Notes: a model not told the origin generated them from the sequence alone. DNA of 32,265 bases from an uncultured Lachnospiraceae bacterium (GCA_964368425.1 CAYJAP010000005.1:1-32265), one strand, 5' to 3'. Positions 7,511 to 16,809 are shown, numbered from the stretch's first letter. Program-made: numbers and translations.

Positions 7511-10139
7511 ACTATCCTTCTCTGGAATAAATAGCTATATTCAGAAACAAACAATAGATTTCGAAAAGCTCGCTGACCAAAATATATTTGGAATATTTGG
7601 AGAGACGGGAAGTGGAAAGAGCTCTATCCTTGACTGTATAATAATCGCATTGTACGGCAGTAGCGACAGGGACAGCATCGGCAATATGATAAACGTAAAT
7701 TGCAACACCGCATATGTGGAATTTGAATTTTCGTCAGAGGTTAAAGGAGTAGAAACACGATTCTTAATCAAGCGTCGTTTCAAACTAAGAAAGAACGGTG
7801 GGTATAAACATGACGCAGAACTAATAGACATAACTCACGCCGTTACATTAGCAGATATGTCGGACAAAGTTAATGCACACATTCTGAAGATTATCGGGCT
7901 GGGGAAACGAGAGTTCCAAAGATGTCTTGCTCTACCACAAGGAGAGTTTGACAAGTTTTTGTTGGATGCTCCCGCAGAACGAAAAAAGACAATAGCTAAA
8001 CTATTTAATCTAGAACAGTACGGCTCAGAATTAATAGACCGATTAAAAAAGAAAAGAGATATTTTTGCACAGAAGAAAATATCAGCTGAAGAAAAAATCA
8101 TGATTATAACAGGGGATGTTATTCCAGAAGATTTATCTCCTCGCAAGAAATTATTAGCCAAAGAATTAAAGCAATTAGAAAAGGAGAATACATCTCTAAA
8201 GAAAGGTGTTGCCATTATTAAGGAAGAATATGGCAATAAGGTGCGGTTTATTGACATAAGCAAGCAGTACAGCTCAATTACTGCAAATAAACATGATATT
8301 ACTAAGATGAGAGAAAAGCTGGAGATTTCCCATAAATATTCTGCGCTTAAGAGTGATATAGATAGAAAATCTGTTTTTGAAGAAGATAATGTTTTTTTGA
8401 AAAAAGAATTAGAAGAAACGATAGAGATACTAAAGCAAGAGACCGCTCGTTTAAAAGATATGGAGAGGGAGCTACAGAAAAAACAAAAAGAAGAGCAGTC
8501 GATATTAATTAAGATTGAGCAGTCAAAAAACTTTAACGAAAAAGAAAATGAAAAACTGGAAACTAAAAACAAATTAGTTATGAAAAACAAAGAGTTGTTA
8601 GCTGTTAAAAATCAGATAATAACAACTGTCCAAAAACTTAATAAGCAAAAGGTGGTTATCGAAAAAAGCATAGAGCAAGAACAAAGAAAGTTGGATAGCC
8701 TTGACAATAAAATAGCTGAGATGCAAAATGATGGCAGTATATTACTTGCGGAAGAGAGGAGAGCGCACACTCAGTTTTTGACAAGCTTACAACAGGGTGT
8801 ACAACAACAGTCTTTGGATGAAGTAAAGCAGTACAAGATATATAAAGAAGTTTTTTCAGTAAAGATAAAAATAAACAAGCAGATAGAGAAATTAAATGAG
8901 TTGCTTCGGTCGGAGAAGCGAGGTGCCACTGACAAATCTCGAGTACAAAGTTTGACAGAGTTCCTTGTTGAAAAATCGCGCTGTTTGGATAATATAATCA
9001 GGTTAAATTATGAACTGGGCAGTGTGCGTGCTGGACTAGATGAGAAGAACGCAGATACAACAGATAATGAACTAAGTTTGCAAGAAAATGAAAAAGAAAG
9101 GTTGGCTATTAAAATTGCTCAAAAGATAGATTTGGTGACAATACAGCTGTCTGCAAAAAAGCTGAGAGAGAATATTCTTCAGTTAGAAAAAGAGTTGTCT
9201 TTACTCAAACAACGAATTTCTTCTCTTGAAAAAACCGCAACGACTAATGAGGTGCGTATTAAAGAGAATACAAAAACCATCGCTCTATTACAAGGGAAAA
9301 TAGATGAGTTTGTATCTACTCACAATGTAAAACAAAGTTCTTTAAAAAACATCGATGTTTATCCTGTTGACCAGCTGGTAAAGGTGGAAAATAAGATACG
9401 GGAATGGGATAAAGAATATAACTATATAGAAAAGGAAATGTCAAAAGTTGCAGGCTTTGCAAACATAACTGTTGAAGAAAAAGATGTAATCACTAAAACA
9501 AAACAATACGAAGATAATCAAGAGAATATAAAGCAGACAAGTATAGCCTTAGCACGGACAGTAGATGCATTAGAAAAGCAGAAGAGAGACGGGGAGAAGC
9601 TTTTGGAGTTGCAGAAAGAATTACAAGAAATCACCAAAGAGCACAACACCGTTTTAGATTTGATGGCGTTGGTTGGCGGGGGTGCGTTATTGGAATATGT
9701 TTCTGAGGAGTATCTCTACCTTGTTTGTGATTTCGCGAATAAATATATAGAGAAAATTAGCCGCGGAAAGTTTCTGTTAAAATTTAATGGGGAATTTTCT
9801 GTAATTGATAACTTCAATGCGGGAATAATTAGAGGTATAAAGACGCTGAGTGGCGGTGAACGTTTCATGATTTCGCTGGGATTAGCCTTAGGAATTAGTC
9901 AGAGTATAGCGGTCAATAACCGGAAAAACTTCAACTTCTTCTTTATAGACGAGGGCTTTGGGTCTCTGAGCGGAGACTATACAGATAATGTGTTAGACAG
10001 TTTCCACCAGCTTATCTGTTTGAACTTCACGGTGGGATTTATCAGTCATGTGGATAAGCTGAAAGAAGCTATACAAAACAAGTTGATTGTTAGAAAAAAG
10101 AGCAATGAAGAAGGTAGTGTAATAGAACAAATTTCGTAG
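7497..10139 (+). CDS. sbcC: SbcC/Rad50-family ATPase (no CxxC hook seen)
   Basis: Walker A GETGSGKS, Q-loop LPQGEF, long coiled coil, LSGGE, FIDEGFGSL, ISHV; start moved to ATG 7497 behind a GGGGGAGG RBS. Confidence 0.92.
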   Translation: MKPIKLSFSGINSYIQKQTIDFEKLADQNIFGIFGETGSGKSSILDCIIIALYGSSDRDSIGNMINVNCNTAYVEFEFSSEVKGVETRFLIKRRFKLRKNGGYKHDAELIDITHAVTLADMSDKVNAHILKIIGLGKREFQRCLALPQGEFDKFLLDAPAERKKTIAKLFNLEQYGSELIDRLKKKRDIFAQKKISAEEKIMIITGDVIPEDLSPRKKLLAKELKQLEKENTSLKKGVAIIKEEYGNKVRFIDISKQYSSITANKHDITKMREKLEISHKYSALKSDIDRKSVFEEDNVFLKKELEETIEILKQETARLKDMERELQKKQKEEQSILIKIEQSKNFNEKENEKLETKNKLVMKNKELLAVKNQIITTVQKLNKQKVVIEKSIEQEQRKLDSLDNKIAEMQNDGSILLAEERRAHTQFLTSLQQGVQQQSLDEVKQYKIYKEVFSVKIKINKQIEKLNELLRSEKRGATDKSRVQSLTEFLVEKSRCLDNIIRLNYELGSVRAGLDEKNADTTDNELSLQENEKERLAIKIAQKIDLVTIQLSAKKLRENILQLEKELSLLKQRISSLEKTATTNEVRIKENTKTIALLQGKIDEFVSTHNVKQSSLKNIDVYPVDQLVKVENKIREWDKEYNYIEKEMSKVAGFANITVEEKDVITKTKQYEDNQENIKQTSIALARTVDALEKQKRDGEKLLELQKELQEITKEHNTVLDLMALVGGGALLEYVSEEYLYLVCDFANKYIEKISRGKFLLKFNGEFSVIDNFNAGIIRGIKTLSGGERFMISLGLALGISQSIAVNNRKNFNFFFIDEGFGSLSGDYTDNVLDSFHQLICLNFTVGFISHVDKLKEAIQNKLIVRKKSNEEGSVIEQIS

Positions 10140-10148
10140 TGAGTAGTT

Positions 10149-11441
10149 ATGAGAATAAAAAACAAAGATAAGTTGAATAAATATGAATCGGTGGGAGGAG
10201 ACAAGATCGCCACTAACTGTTTCTACTGTAGTAAAAGACAGGAAAAAGATTTAAAAGCCCGCACCGAATTTGTGCTGGATAAATCTATTGCTAGTTTGGA
10301 TAATGAAAAGCAATCAGAAATTACAAAAGAAATCATTAGCGGTGCAAAAGCGAAGGTAAAAAAACATACTCAAAAGAAAGGTGCTTGGTTCACAATTAGC
10401 ACATTTTTGATTAGTATAATTATATTGTTATTCGTTTTATATTACCAAAACAAAAACTTTGGCGTTGCTAATATCACGAACTTTGTAATGTCAGAGTCGC
10501 GCTACAGATATATTCTATATGCATTTACTATATTTATAGTTATAATGTTGCTCAAGACTTGGCGCTCATATGTTTTGGTGTACAGGTTAACTAAAAAACA
10601 CAGAATCTTTTTAAGTTATAAGTCATCCTCCTTAGCTAAATATTATGAACTTCTTACTCCTGTAGGATCAGGAGGGAGACCTTATCAAATATACTATCTA
10701 AATAGTCGCGGGTTAAAACCTGGCACGGCGACAGCAATTCCGTTGATGCAACATATCATACACAAAGTAACGTTCGCAGTTATCTCTCTAGTTGTTTTGG
10801 TGACAAAATTTTCTGTATTTGGCGAAGATTCCCGCCTAATACTGTCCCTTGGTATTTTGGGGCTGATACTGACTTTCTTAACGTTATCAGCATGGCTTTG
10901 GGTAGCATTTAGTAGAAAAAAAGCCCTTAGATTTTTCGCAGGGATCTTGAGATTACTGTACAGAATGAAGATTATAAAGGATTATAACAAGTGGCTAACC
11001 AAGATGATACGCTCCGTCAAGGAGATGCAACGAGGAGTGAAATTTTCTCTTAAAAGCACTCTAACAACCTTGTCCACTATGGTGACGAGTGCGGGGATAA
11101 TTGTTGCCAATGCTATATTACCTTATTTAATATATTGTATTTTCTACATTCCTGAACAAGGAGTTTTTATTGATATATTTGCCAAAATCATTATATGTAA
11201 TTTAGCAGTAACATATATTCCTCTTCCAGGTGGAGTGGGTATCGCAGAGCTATCTTTCACCGCACTGTTTAGCTCTATGTTCCTTGACGGAACTTTGTTC
11301 TGGGCAATCTTGTTATGGCGAGTATTCTCCTACTATGGATACTTGCTTCAAGGGGTTCTTATCAGCATATATGACTTCATATGGGGAAATACAAAAAACA
11401 ATAAAGCCAGGCGGCGTGTCAGAAAGCAGACTCACGACTGA
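10149..11441 (+). CDS. UPF0104 / lysylphosphatidylglycerol-synthase TM (flippase-like) membrane protein
   Basis: LTPVGSGGRP, IPLPGGVGIAE, LLWRVFSYY motifs and many hydrophobic segments. Confidence 0.8.
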   Translation: MRIKNKDKLNKYESVGGDKIATNCFYCSKRQEKDLKARTEFVLDKSIASLDNEKQSEITKEIISGAKAKVKKHTQKKGAWFTISTFLISIIILLFVLYYQNKNFGVANITNFVMSESRYRYILYAFTIFIVIMLLKTWRSYVLVYRLTKKHRIFLSYKSSSLAKYYELLTPVGSGGRPYQIYYLNSRGLKPGTATAIPLMQHIIHKVTFAVISLVVLVTKFSVFGEDSRLILSLGILGLILTFLTLSAWLWVAFSRKKALRFFAGILRLLYRMKIIKDYNKWLTKMIRSVKEMQRGVKFSLKSTLTTLSTMVTSAGIIVANAILPYLIYCIFYIPEQGVFIDIFAKIIICNLAVTYIPLPGGVGIAELSFTALFSSMFLDGTLFWAILLWRVFSYYGYLLQGVLISIYDFIWGNTKNNKARRRVRKQTHD

Positions 11442-12805
11442 GTCTTTATTCGTACTTCGCTGTCGTAAACTTCATAACAACTGAATAGATGAGAATACTC
11501 TGTTTCGAAATTCCTTAGGCTGATCCCGTCTAGGGGTTTTCTGTCTTGGATAAGGGTGTGTGTCGTTGTTCCGGATGTTAAATTTCCCAGATAAGGAGCT
11601 ATACCTATCCCACAAAACATTTTGTATCCTGCATCCACCAATGCTTGATGTTTTCTCGATAATCTATCTTGTACATAAACCTCTTTTTCTCCCAGCGGGT
11701 ATACATACATATCGGTACTTCCTACTATACTAGCGACTTCTTCTTTCCATTTAGCTGCATCTTGTAGTACCTGCTCATAGGTGACGTCGGATAGTGATTG
11801 GTGGTAGTAGCCGTTACAAGCAAAATACCAACCGTTTTCCTTTAGCTTTTTCACAACCTTAGCGGCTTTTTTTGCCTCATGTTCATGTAACGGATTACTA
11901 TGTTGAGTCTGATAACCCAATATGCCATTTTCTCCGGATAAGCAAATCATGCCTCTTGCATTATCAAAACTGAAGTCAGGGTGTTCCTCCACGAAGGTGT
12001 CGAGAATCGGGACAAATTCGTTATCTGTGCGTATCCTCTTGTTCATACTCATTCTACTGCTATATGAGGCGATACGACTATCTCTATTAATTATCATTCT
12101 TTCTGTCATTCCGTTAGCAGGATTTGTAGAAGGGAAGCAGATGTTTTCAAAAGACAAAATGACTGGCTTTTTGTGTGGGGGTAAAAACAATACTTTTTGT
12201 TCCACACCTGCGTCAGTGGTGTGATATATCTCCGATATATTTACTAAAATATAATTATTCCTATATAAACTCTCGAGAATCTTTCTAAACTCGTTTGGGG
12301 TGATATAATCTCGATCGTTCAGCGTATGGTGTTCATTGTGCGAGGAAAGAGAGAGTTCTGGCCAAGCTAACAGGTTGTTTGTAAATAAATGTTCAATAGG
12401 TCCGGAATACTCTACTAGACGACTGTCGGTATTGCCTTCACTAAACTTCAAATACAGACTATTTATCACCTCATCGTTTCTATAAAAATCTTTATATTCT
12501 GATAACAATGCCAGCCCATCACTAAATTGACCTTCGTGAATTATTTCTTTACTGCGGCTAATAATCTCTTTTCTATTCTCGTTCATCAAGCGCTTGAACA
12601 GTCTCCGATTATTAATAAAAAGCTCGTTTTGTAACGGCTTATTATCTTTTATGAGATTAAAAGCAAAAAAATAATTACCCCTCTCAATCTCCTGTACTAC
12701 AGTCACAAACTCTTCATTTATTAGTTTTTGCTTATCTACAATCGATGGGGTTGTTGGGGGTAGTAGAAAACAAGTTATTAAGCTTAACAGTGCAAATATC
12801 TTCAT
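11432..12805 (-). CDS. Secreted polysaccharide-deacetylase-like protein, catalytic residues apparently substituted
   Basis: Signal-like N-terminus from ATG 12805; ITPNEFRKILESLY, KKPVILSF, FVEEHPDFS, LKENGWYFA, YVYPLG layout of a NodB-type fold. Confidence 0.65.
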   Translation of the reverse strand: MKIFALLSLITCFLLPPTTPSIVDKQKLINEEFVTVVQEIERGNYFFAFNLIKDNKPLQNELFINNRRLFKRLMNENRKEIISRSKEIIHEGQFSDGLALLSEYKDFYRNDEVINSLYLKFSEGNTDSRLVEYSGPIEHLFTNNLLAWPELSLSSHNEHHTLNDRDYITPNEFRKILESLYRNNYILVNISEIYHTTDAGVEQKVLFLPPHKKPVILSFENICFPSTNPANGMTERMIINRDSRIASYSSRMSMNKRIRTDNEFVPILDTFVEEHPDFSFDNARGMICLSGENGILGYQTQHSNPLHEHEAKKAAKVVKKLKENGWYFACNGYYHQSLSDVTYEQVLQDAAKWKEEVASIVGSTDMYVYPLGEKEVYVQDRLSRKHQALVDAGYKMFCGIGIAPYLGNLTSGTTTHTLIQDRKPLDGISLRNFETEYSHLFSCYEVYDSEVRIKTQS

Positions 12806-12874
12806 AATCCACCATTTTATTTTACACATATAATCTAATTATATTTATTTCGCACGATTAAATAATCTGTCGAG

Positions 12875-12904
12875 GTTTAGAAAACGTCAAAGCAGACAAT
12901 TATT
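12875..12904 (+). promoter_or_regulatory. Possible SigF-like forespore promoter
   Basis: GTTTA, 15 nt, GACAATTATT; same geometry as the site upstream of the spoIIQ-like gene. Confidence 0.35.
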
Positions 12905-12919
12905 ATCGCAGAGGGAAGT

Positions 12920-13339
12920 ATGAAAAAACTTATCATATTAAGTGTTATAGCTGCTTGTATATATCTCTTTGTTTTCTTTTATCGCACTAATTTAGTGCGA
13001 TTCGAACAAGGAAGATATCTTCTGTACACCACCGACGAGATGGGACAGATGGTTGTAGTGCAAGACGATACCGATAGACAAACTCTGTTTAGTGACGCTC
13101 AGGTTATATTGGGGGAGGGGATATATAATCTTTCTAGTGTTGAGTTAGATAGTATTAAAGAGCAGTTATGTGTGGAATTGGTTAGCGTTACCTGTTTAAA
13201 GGATTTAAAAGTTTATAATTATTTTTCTCCAAAGTTAGAGCATTTTATAGTAAGTAATAACAAAAAGGTGAATTTACAAGTTGCTGTGTCGGCAGATAAC
13301 ATCAAAATAGGTTATCCACTCATCTTGGATAGTTTTTAA
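12920..13339 (+). CDS. YwmB-like protein
   Basis: N-terminal TM; C-terminal YSPKL-like, KVNLQVAV and IGYPLI; position before the spoIIQ-like gene. Confidence 0.6.
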   Translation: MKKLIILSVIAACIYLFVFFYRTNLVRFEQGRYLLYTTDEMGQMVVVQDDTDRQTLFSDAQVILGEGIYNLSSVELDSIKEQLCVELVSVTCLKDLKVYNYFSPKLEHFIVSNNKKVNLQVAVSADNIKIGYPLILDSF

Positions 13340-13346
13340 AAAATAT

Positions 13347-13376
13347 GTATAAAACCACTGTGAATAGTCAAGTATT
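13347..13376 (+). promoter_or_regulatory. Possible SigF-like forespore promoter
   Basis: GTATA, 15 nt, GTCAAGTATT upstream of a GGAGG RBS; spoIIQ is SigF-dependent in B. subtilis. Confidence 0.45.
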
Positions 13377-13402
13377 CTAAAAATCAAATAGGAGGGTTGT
13401 AT

Positions 13403-13993
13403 ATGACCAACAATCAATTTAGCAAAAGAAGAATCATGTTGTCATTCATGAAAAAGTACGGGTACATTATCTTGTTGGGGGTGGCTATCCTTGCTCTGAC
13501 GCTGACGCTATTACTGATAGATAACGGTGGTGTTGTAGATGATCAGGGAGCAGATGTAGGAGGACAAACAATTATAGAATTCACATCGCCGGTACTAGAT
13601 GCAACAGTAGCAAAAGAATTTTCCTCTTCAACCTTAATGTATAACAGCACCTTGAATCACTGGGAAGCCCACAAATCCATTGACTTTCAGGCAGCAGAAG
13701 GGGCTAACGTGTACGCCTGTTTTGAAGGAAAAGTTACTGAAGTTTTCTCGGATTATTTAAGAGGAACAGTCATAGTAGTCGAACATGCAGATAACCTAAA
13801 AACGGTCTACGGTTCTTTACAAGAAGATATTGCTGTAAAAGTTGGAGATAACGTTGCGAAAGGAGCGGTTATAGGAAAAGTTGGAAAGACAGCAAACGGT
13901 GAGGCGAATCTCGGTGCACATCTAAACTTCCAAGTTTTACAGAACGGCAGTAAGATTGATCCTGCAAGTTATTTAGATTTAGGAAATAAGTAA
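13403..13993 (+). CDS. spoIIQ: SpoIIQ-like M23/LytM-domain membrane protein
   Basis: N-terminal TM, YNSTLNHWEAHKSID, TVYGSL, AHLNFQV, IDP; ATG 13403 follows GGAGG. Confidence 0.72.
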   Translation: MTNNQFSKRRIMLSFMKKYGYIILLGVAILALTLTLLLIDNGGVVDDQGADVGGQTIIEFTSPVLDATVAKEFSSSTLMYNSTLNHWEAHKSIDFQAAEGANVYACFEGKVTEVFSDYLRGTVIVVEHADNLKTVYGSLQEDIAVKVGDNVAKGAVIGKVGKTANGEANLGAHLNFQVLQNGSKIDPASYLDLGNK

Positions 13994-14015
13994 TTTGAAA
14001 AAAAGTTATATTTGC

Positions 14016-14044
14016 TTTACTTAATGGTATCCTTTAATTATAAT
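14016..14044 (+). promoter_or_regulatory. SigA-type promoter for acpP
   Basis: TTTACT, 17 nt, TATAAT. Confidence 0.55.
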
Positions 14045-14108
14045 AATAACAGCTGACGGAAAAAGTACAAATGTTACCCGCAGCAAGACTTATATTAACG
14101 GGGGAAAC

Positions 14109-14342
14109 ATGGGATTAAAGAAAGTATCAACTCTACTGGCTGCTCAGCTAGGTATTAAAACGGATAAAATTACTTTGCAGTCTAGGATAGTAGACGATCT
14201 TGGAGCTGATTCGCTGGATGTTGTTGAGTTACTGATGACACTAGAAGACGAATATAAAATAACAGTAAGCGACAAAGAAGCAATGAGTTTGAAAACGGTA
14301 GAAGATATTCTCCGTATAATAGAAAAACACGGCAAGAAATAG
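14109..14342 (+). CDS. acpP: Acyl carrier protein
   Basis: DLGADSLDVVEL phosphopantetheine site, 77 aa. Confidence 0.95.
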   Translation: MGLKKVSTLLAAQLGIKTDKITLQSRIVDDLGADSLDVVELLMTLEDEYKITVSDKEAMSLKTVEDILRIIEKHGKK

Positions 14343-14354
14343 TATATCAAAAAT

Positions 14355-14380
14355 AAAAATCCACAGTTGTGGATTTTTTT
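14355..14380. terminator. Bidirectional intrinsic terminator
   Basis: AAAAATCCAC-agtt-GTGGATTTTT between convergent acpP and walJ-like genes. Confidence 0.8.
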
Positions 14381-15170
14381 ATTTCAAAGAGTACAGTGTT
14401 CCGATATCATCAGGTTTAGCAATATCGATTTTTATATGTTTACCTATCTCGATTCCTACCGAAGATAGATGTGTTTGCATTGCTGTATAACATGTTTGAG
14501 GAGTATTATTTTCTTCACTGAGGTGGGCAAGTACCACTTGTTTTACCTTCATGTGTGCCAACTTCTCCACTACTCTTGCAGATAACTCGTTGCTTAAATG
14601 CCCTCTCTTTCCGAGAATACGATTTTTTAGAGAGAAGGAATATTTGGGGTTGGACATGAGCATCTGTACGTCATGATTACTTTCTAATATAACTAAAGTG
14701 CTTCCTTCAAAGTTTTTTACTAGACTGGAAGGAACATATCCCAAATCTGTGGCGATAGTAACCTTTCTTGTTCCCACAGAAATATTAAAGCCTACGCAAT
14801 GAATTGCATCATGCGGTAACGGGAAGGGCGATATTTTTAAATCTCCGATTATAAAATCGTCGTCTAAGAACTGCACTATTTTTGTGGTATTAATAGGGGC
14901 AAACTTTTTCACCAGAGCTGCGTAACTATTTGTATGTACATAAACTGGCACAGAAAACTTTTTTATCAAATTTCCCACAGCACAAACATGGTCGCTGTGC
15001 TCGTGAGTCACGATTACAGCATCTATGTCGTTGCAATTTAATCCCAATAAGTCCAGCCGCTGATTTATTTTTCTGATACTAACGCCTGCATCTATCAATA
15101 TTTTAGTTGTTTCTGTGAATACAACAGTACAATTTCCTTTACTTGAACTAGCTAATGTACAAACTTTCAT
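14379..15170 (-). CDS. walJ: WalJ/YycJ-like metallo-beta-lactamase-fold hydrolase
   Basis: LASSSKGN, THEHSDH, HDA, ATDLG, LESNHD, GHLSN, HLSEENN. Confidence 0.88.
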   Translation of the reverse strand: MKVCTLASSSKGNCTVVFTETTKILIDAGVSIRKINQRLDLLGLNCNDIDAVIVTHEHSDHVCAVGNLIKKFSVPVYVHTNSYAALVKKFAPINTTKIVQFLDDDFIIGDLKISPFPLPHDAIHCVGFNISVGTRKVTIATDLGYVPSSLVKNFEGSTLVILESNHDVQMLMSNPKYSFSLKNRILGKRGHLSNELSARVVEKLAHMKVKQVVLAHLSEENNTPQTCYTAMQTHLSSVGIEIGKHIKIDIAKPDDIGTLYSLK

Positions 15171-15225
15171 GATTTTTCCTTTTATATTTTCCGTGCTGGT
15201 GCATTACCAACCTGGAACCAACATT

Positions 15226-15253
15226 AGGATAACATAAAGTTTAAATAAAGCAA
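15226..15253 (-). promoter_or_regulatory. Possible SigA-type promoter for walJ
   Basis: TTGCTT, 16 nt, TATCCT with extended TG. Confidence 0.45.
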
Positions 15254-15278
15254 AATTGTTTTTGTAAAATTATATTTC

Positions 15279-16757
15279 TTAGGCGGCGTTTTGGATTATA
15301 ACTTTTCCCTCTGTCCACGAGTTAAAGAAACTAGCTAGCTCTCTTCGGCAAGTCTTTTCGAAAATTCCTATCATATGAGAAGGTGCTACATTTTTGAATT
15401 TGTATTCGTTGAAATATGATTGCAGAGAGGCAATGAATTTTGTATTGCCCACCAAGTCTCGCAAATCACTAAAGAACAGGCAGCCCTTAACATACGTCAT
15501 ATACACGTACTCTGTTTCAGTGTTGTACTGATCTATAGCTCGATTCATGGACGTATCCACCGGTCCAATAACTTCCTCATATAAGTCTATAAAGTTAATG
15601 AAACTGTTGGTAGAGCTTTTTATAGCATCAGGTAGAGATATTCCGTACTGTGGATTGTTTTCGTAGAAAAGTAATGTTGAGAATTCTGTTAATCCTTCAT
15701 CTAACCAAGGATGTCTGAACGCATCACTACCAACCAGCTGGTACCACCATTGGTGTGCTATTTCATGTACAATTACATTGATGTAATCAGACTGCTTTGT
15801 AACGGCGTCACTGATATACACGAGGTTAGGATACTCCATTCCGCCATGTACAAAGTTAGTTTTCACAACACTAAGAGTAGAGTATGGATATTCTCCAAAC
15901 AGCTCGGTAAAAGTTTCTAAAGCAAGCTTTGCAGTCTCCAAACTATAGTCTGCAGTTTCGTCATCGTAGTAGTAATACATAACTTTAGTTTTTCCCGATG
16001 TAGTGTCTAACACTTCAAACTTGTCAGACAACACACATGCAAAGTCTCTCACGGCTAGTGCTTTTACTGAGTAAATCCGGTTTTCCCCATCAGTTTTTTC
16101 AGAGAGAATTTCTCCGGTAGAAGCTAGTACGAAATTGCTTGGCGCGGTTATCGTAACGTTATAATTTGCCATATCACTGTAGAAAGGATCACCGTTAGAG
16201 TTATAAGGGTTGCACACAAACTGTCCGTTTTCGTAAACGGCTAATACGGGATAGAAGTTGCCTAAGTTGAGAGCGTTCTCACCATATCCAAAACGGTGAT
16301 TGATGTTTGGAACGGTGATTGAGAAAGCTATCTCTATGGTAATACTTTTATTGTTAGCTAACTTTTTAGGGAGGTTGACCACTAAGATGTTGTTATCGTC
16401 GCCTTCGTATACAGCTTCCACAGCTGTCTTTCCGATTTTCAATGAGGTAATGATTATTCCCCCGTAACTTTCCCCGTTAGGATAAGCCTTCTTAGTGTGC
16501 AAGTTGCCCACTGGAGAGTGGGTTACTCCTTCGGCAAAAGCGTTAGGATATAGATGCAAATGTAGCTGAGTTAACTCATCACCCGTGCGATTGGTATATT
16601 CAATTCTTTCTACACCATCTACACGAGTTTCGTCTTGCACCACGATTTCGATGTCATATACGTTGAGTTTTTTCGCTTCTTTATCTAAATTAATGCCCTT
16701 AGAGCACCCTGCAAATAGTATGACCGAAGAGAAAAGAATCAATAAAAATTTCTTCAT
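15279..16757 (-). CDS. M1-family metallo-aminopeptidase lipoprotein
   Basis: Lipobox LFAGC, GGMEYP, HEIAHQW, WLDEG, YVKG. Confidence 0.9.
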   Translation of the reverse strand: MKKFLLILFSSVILFAGCSKGINLDKEAKKLNVYDIEIVVQDETRVDGVERIEYTNRTGDELTQLHLHLYPNAFAEGVTHSPVGNLHTKKAYPNGESYGGIIITSLKIGKTAVEAVYEGDDNNILVVNLPKKLANNKSITIEIAFSITVPNINHRFGYGENALNLGNFYPVLAVYENGQFVCNPYNSNGDPFYSDMANYNVTITAPSNFVLASTGEILSEKTDGENRIYSVKALAVRDFACVLSDKFEVLDTTSGKTKVMYYYYDDETADYSLETAKLALETFTELFGEYPYSTLSVVKTNFVHGGMEYPNLVYISDAVTKQSDYINVIVHEIAHQWWYQLVGSDAFRHPWLDEGLTEFSTLLFYENNPQYGISLPDAIKSSTNSFINFIDLYEEVIGPVDTSMNRAIDQYNTETEYVYMTYVKGCLFFSDLRDLVGNTKFIASLQSYFNEYKFKNVAPSHMIGIFEKTCRRELASFFNSWTEGKVIIQNAA

Positions 16758-16778
16758 AAACCTGTCCTTTTTTTCAAT

Positions 16779-16809
16779 ATTCTATGTCTGTGAAGTGTAG
16801 ATATATGAC
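16779..16809 (-). promoter_or_regulatory. Possible SigE/SigK-like mother-cell promoter
   Basis: Minus strand GTCATA, 17 nt, CATAGAAT (CATAnnnT -10). Confidence 0.45.

Noticed and set aside
6259-8590. Minus-strand ORFs within sbcD/sbcC, including the 251-aa Ser/Phe-rich one
   Set aside because: Composition is the mirror of Lys/Glu-rich coiled-coil codons.
14355-14378. Inverted DnaA boxes (ATCCACA/TGTGGAT)
   Set aside because: Two mismatches to TTATCCACA; better explained as a terminator between convergent genes.
15189-15217. SRP RNA or preQ1 riboswitch
   Set aside because: Lacks the GNRA-capped SRP helix and the preQ1 stem-loop consensus; kept only as an unassigned hairpin.
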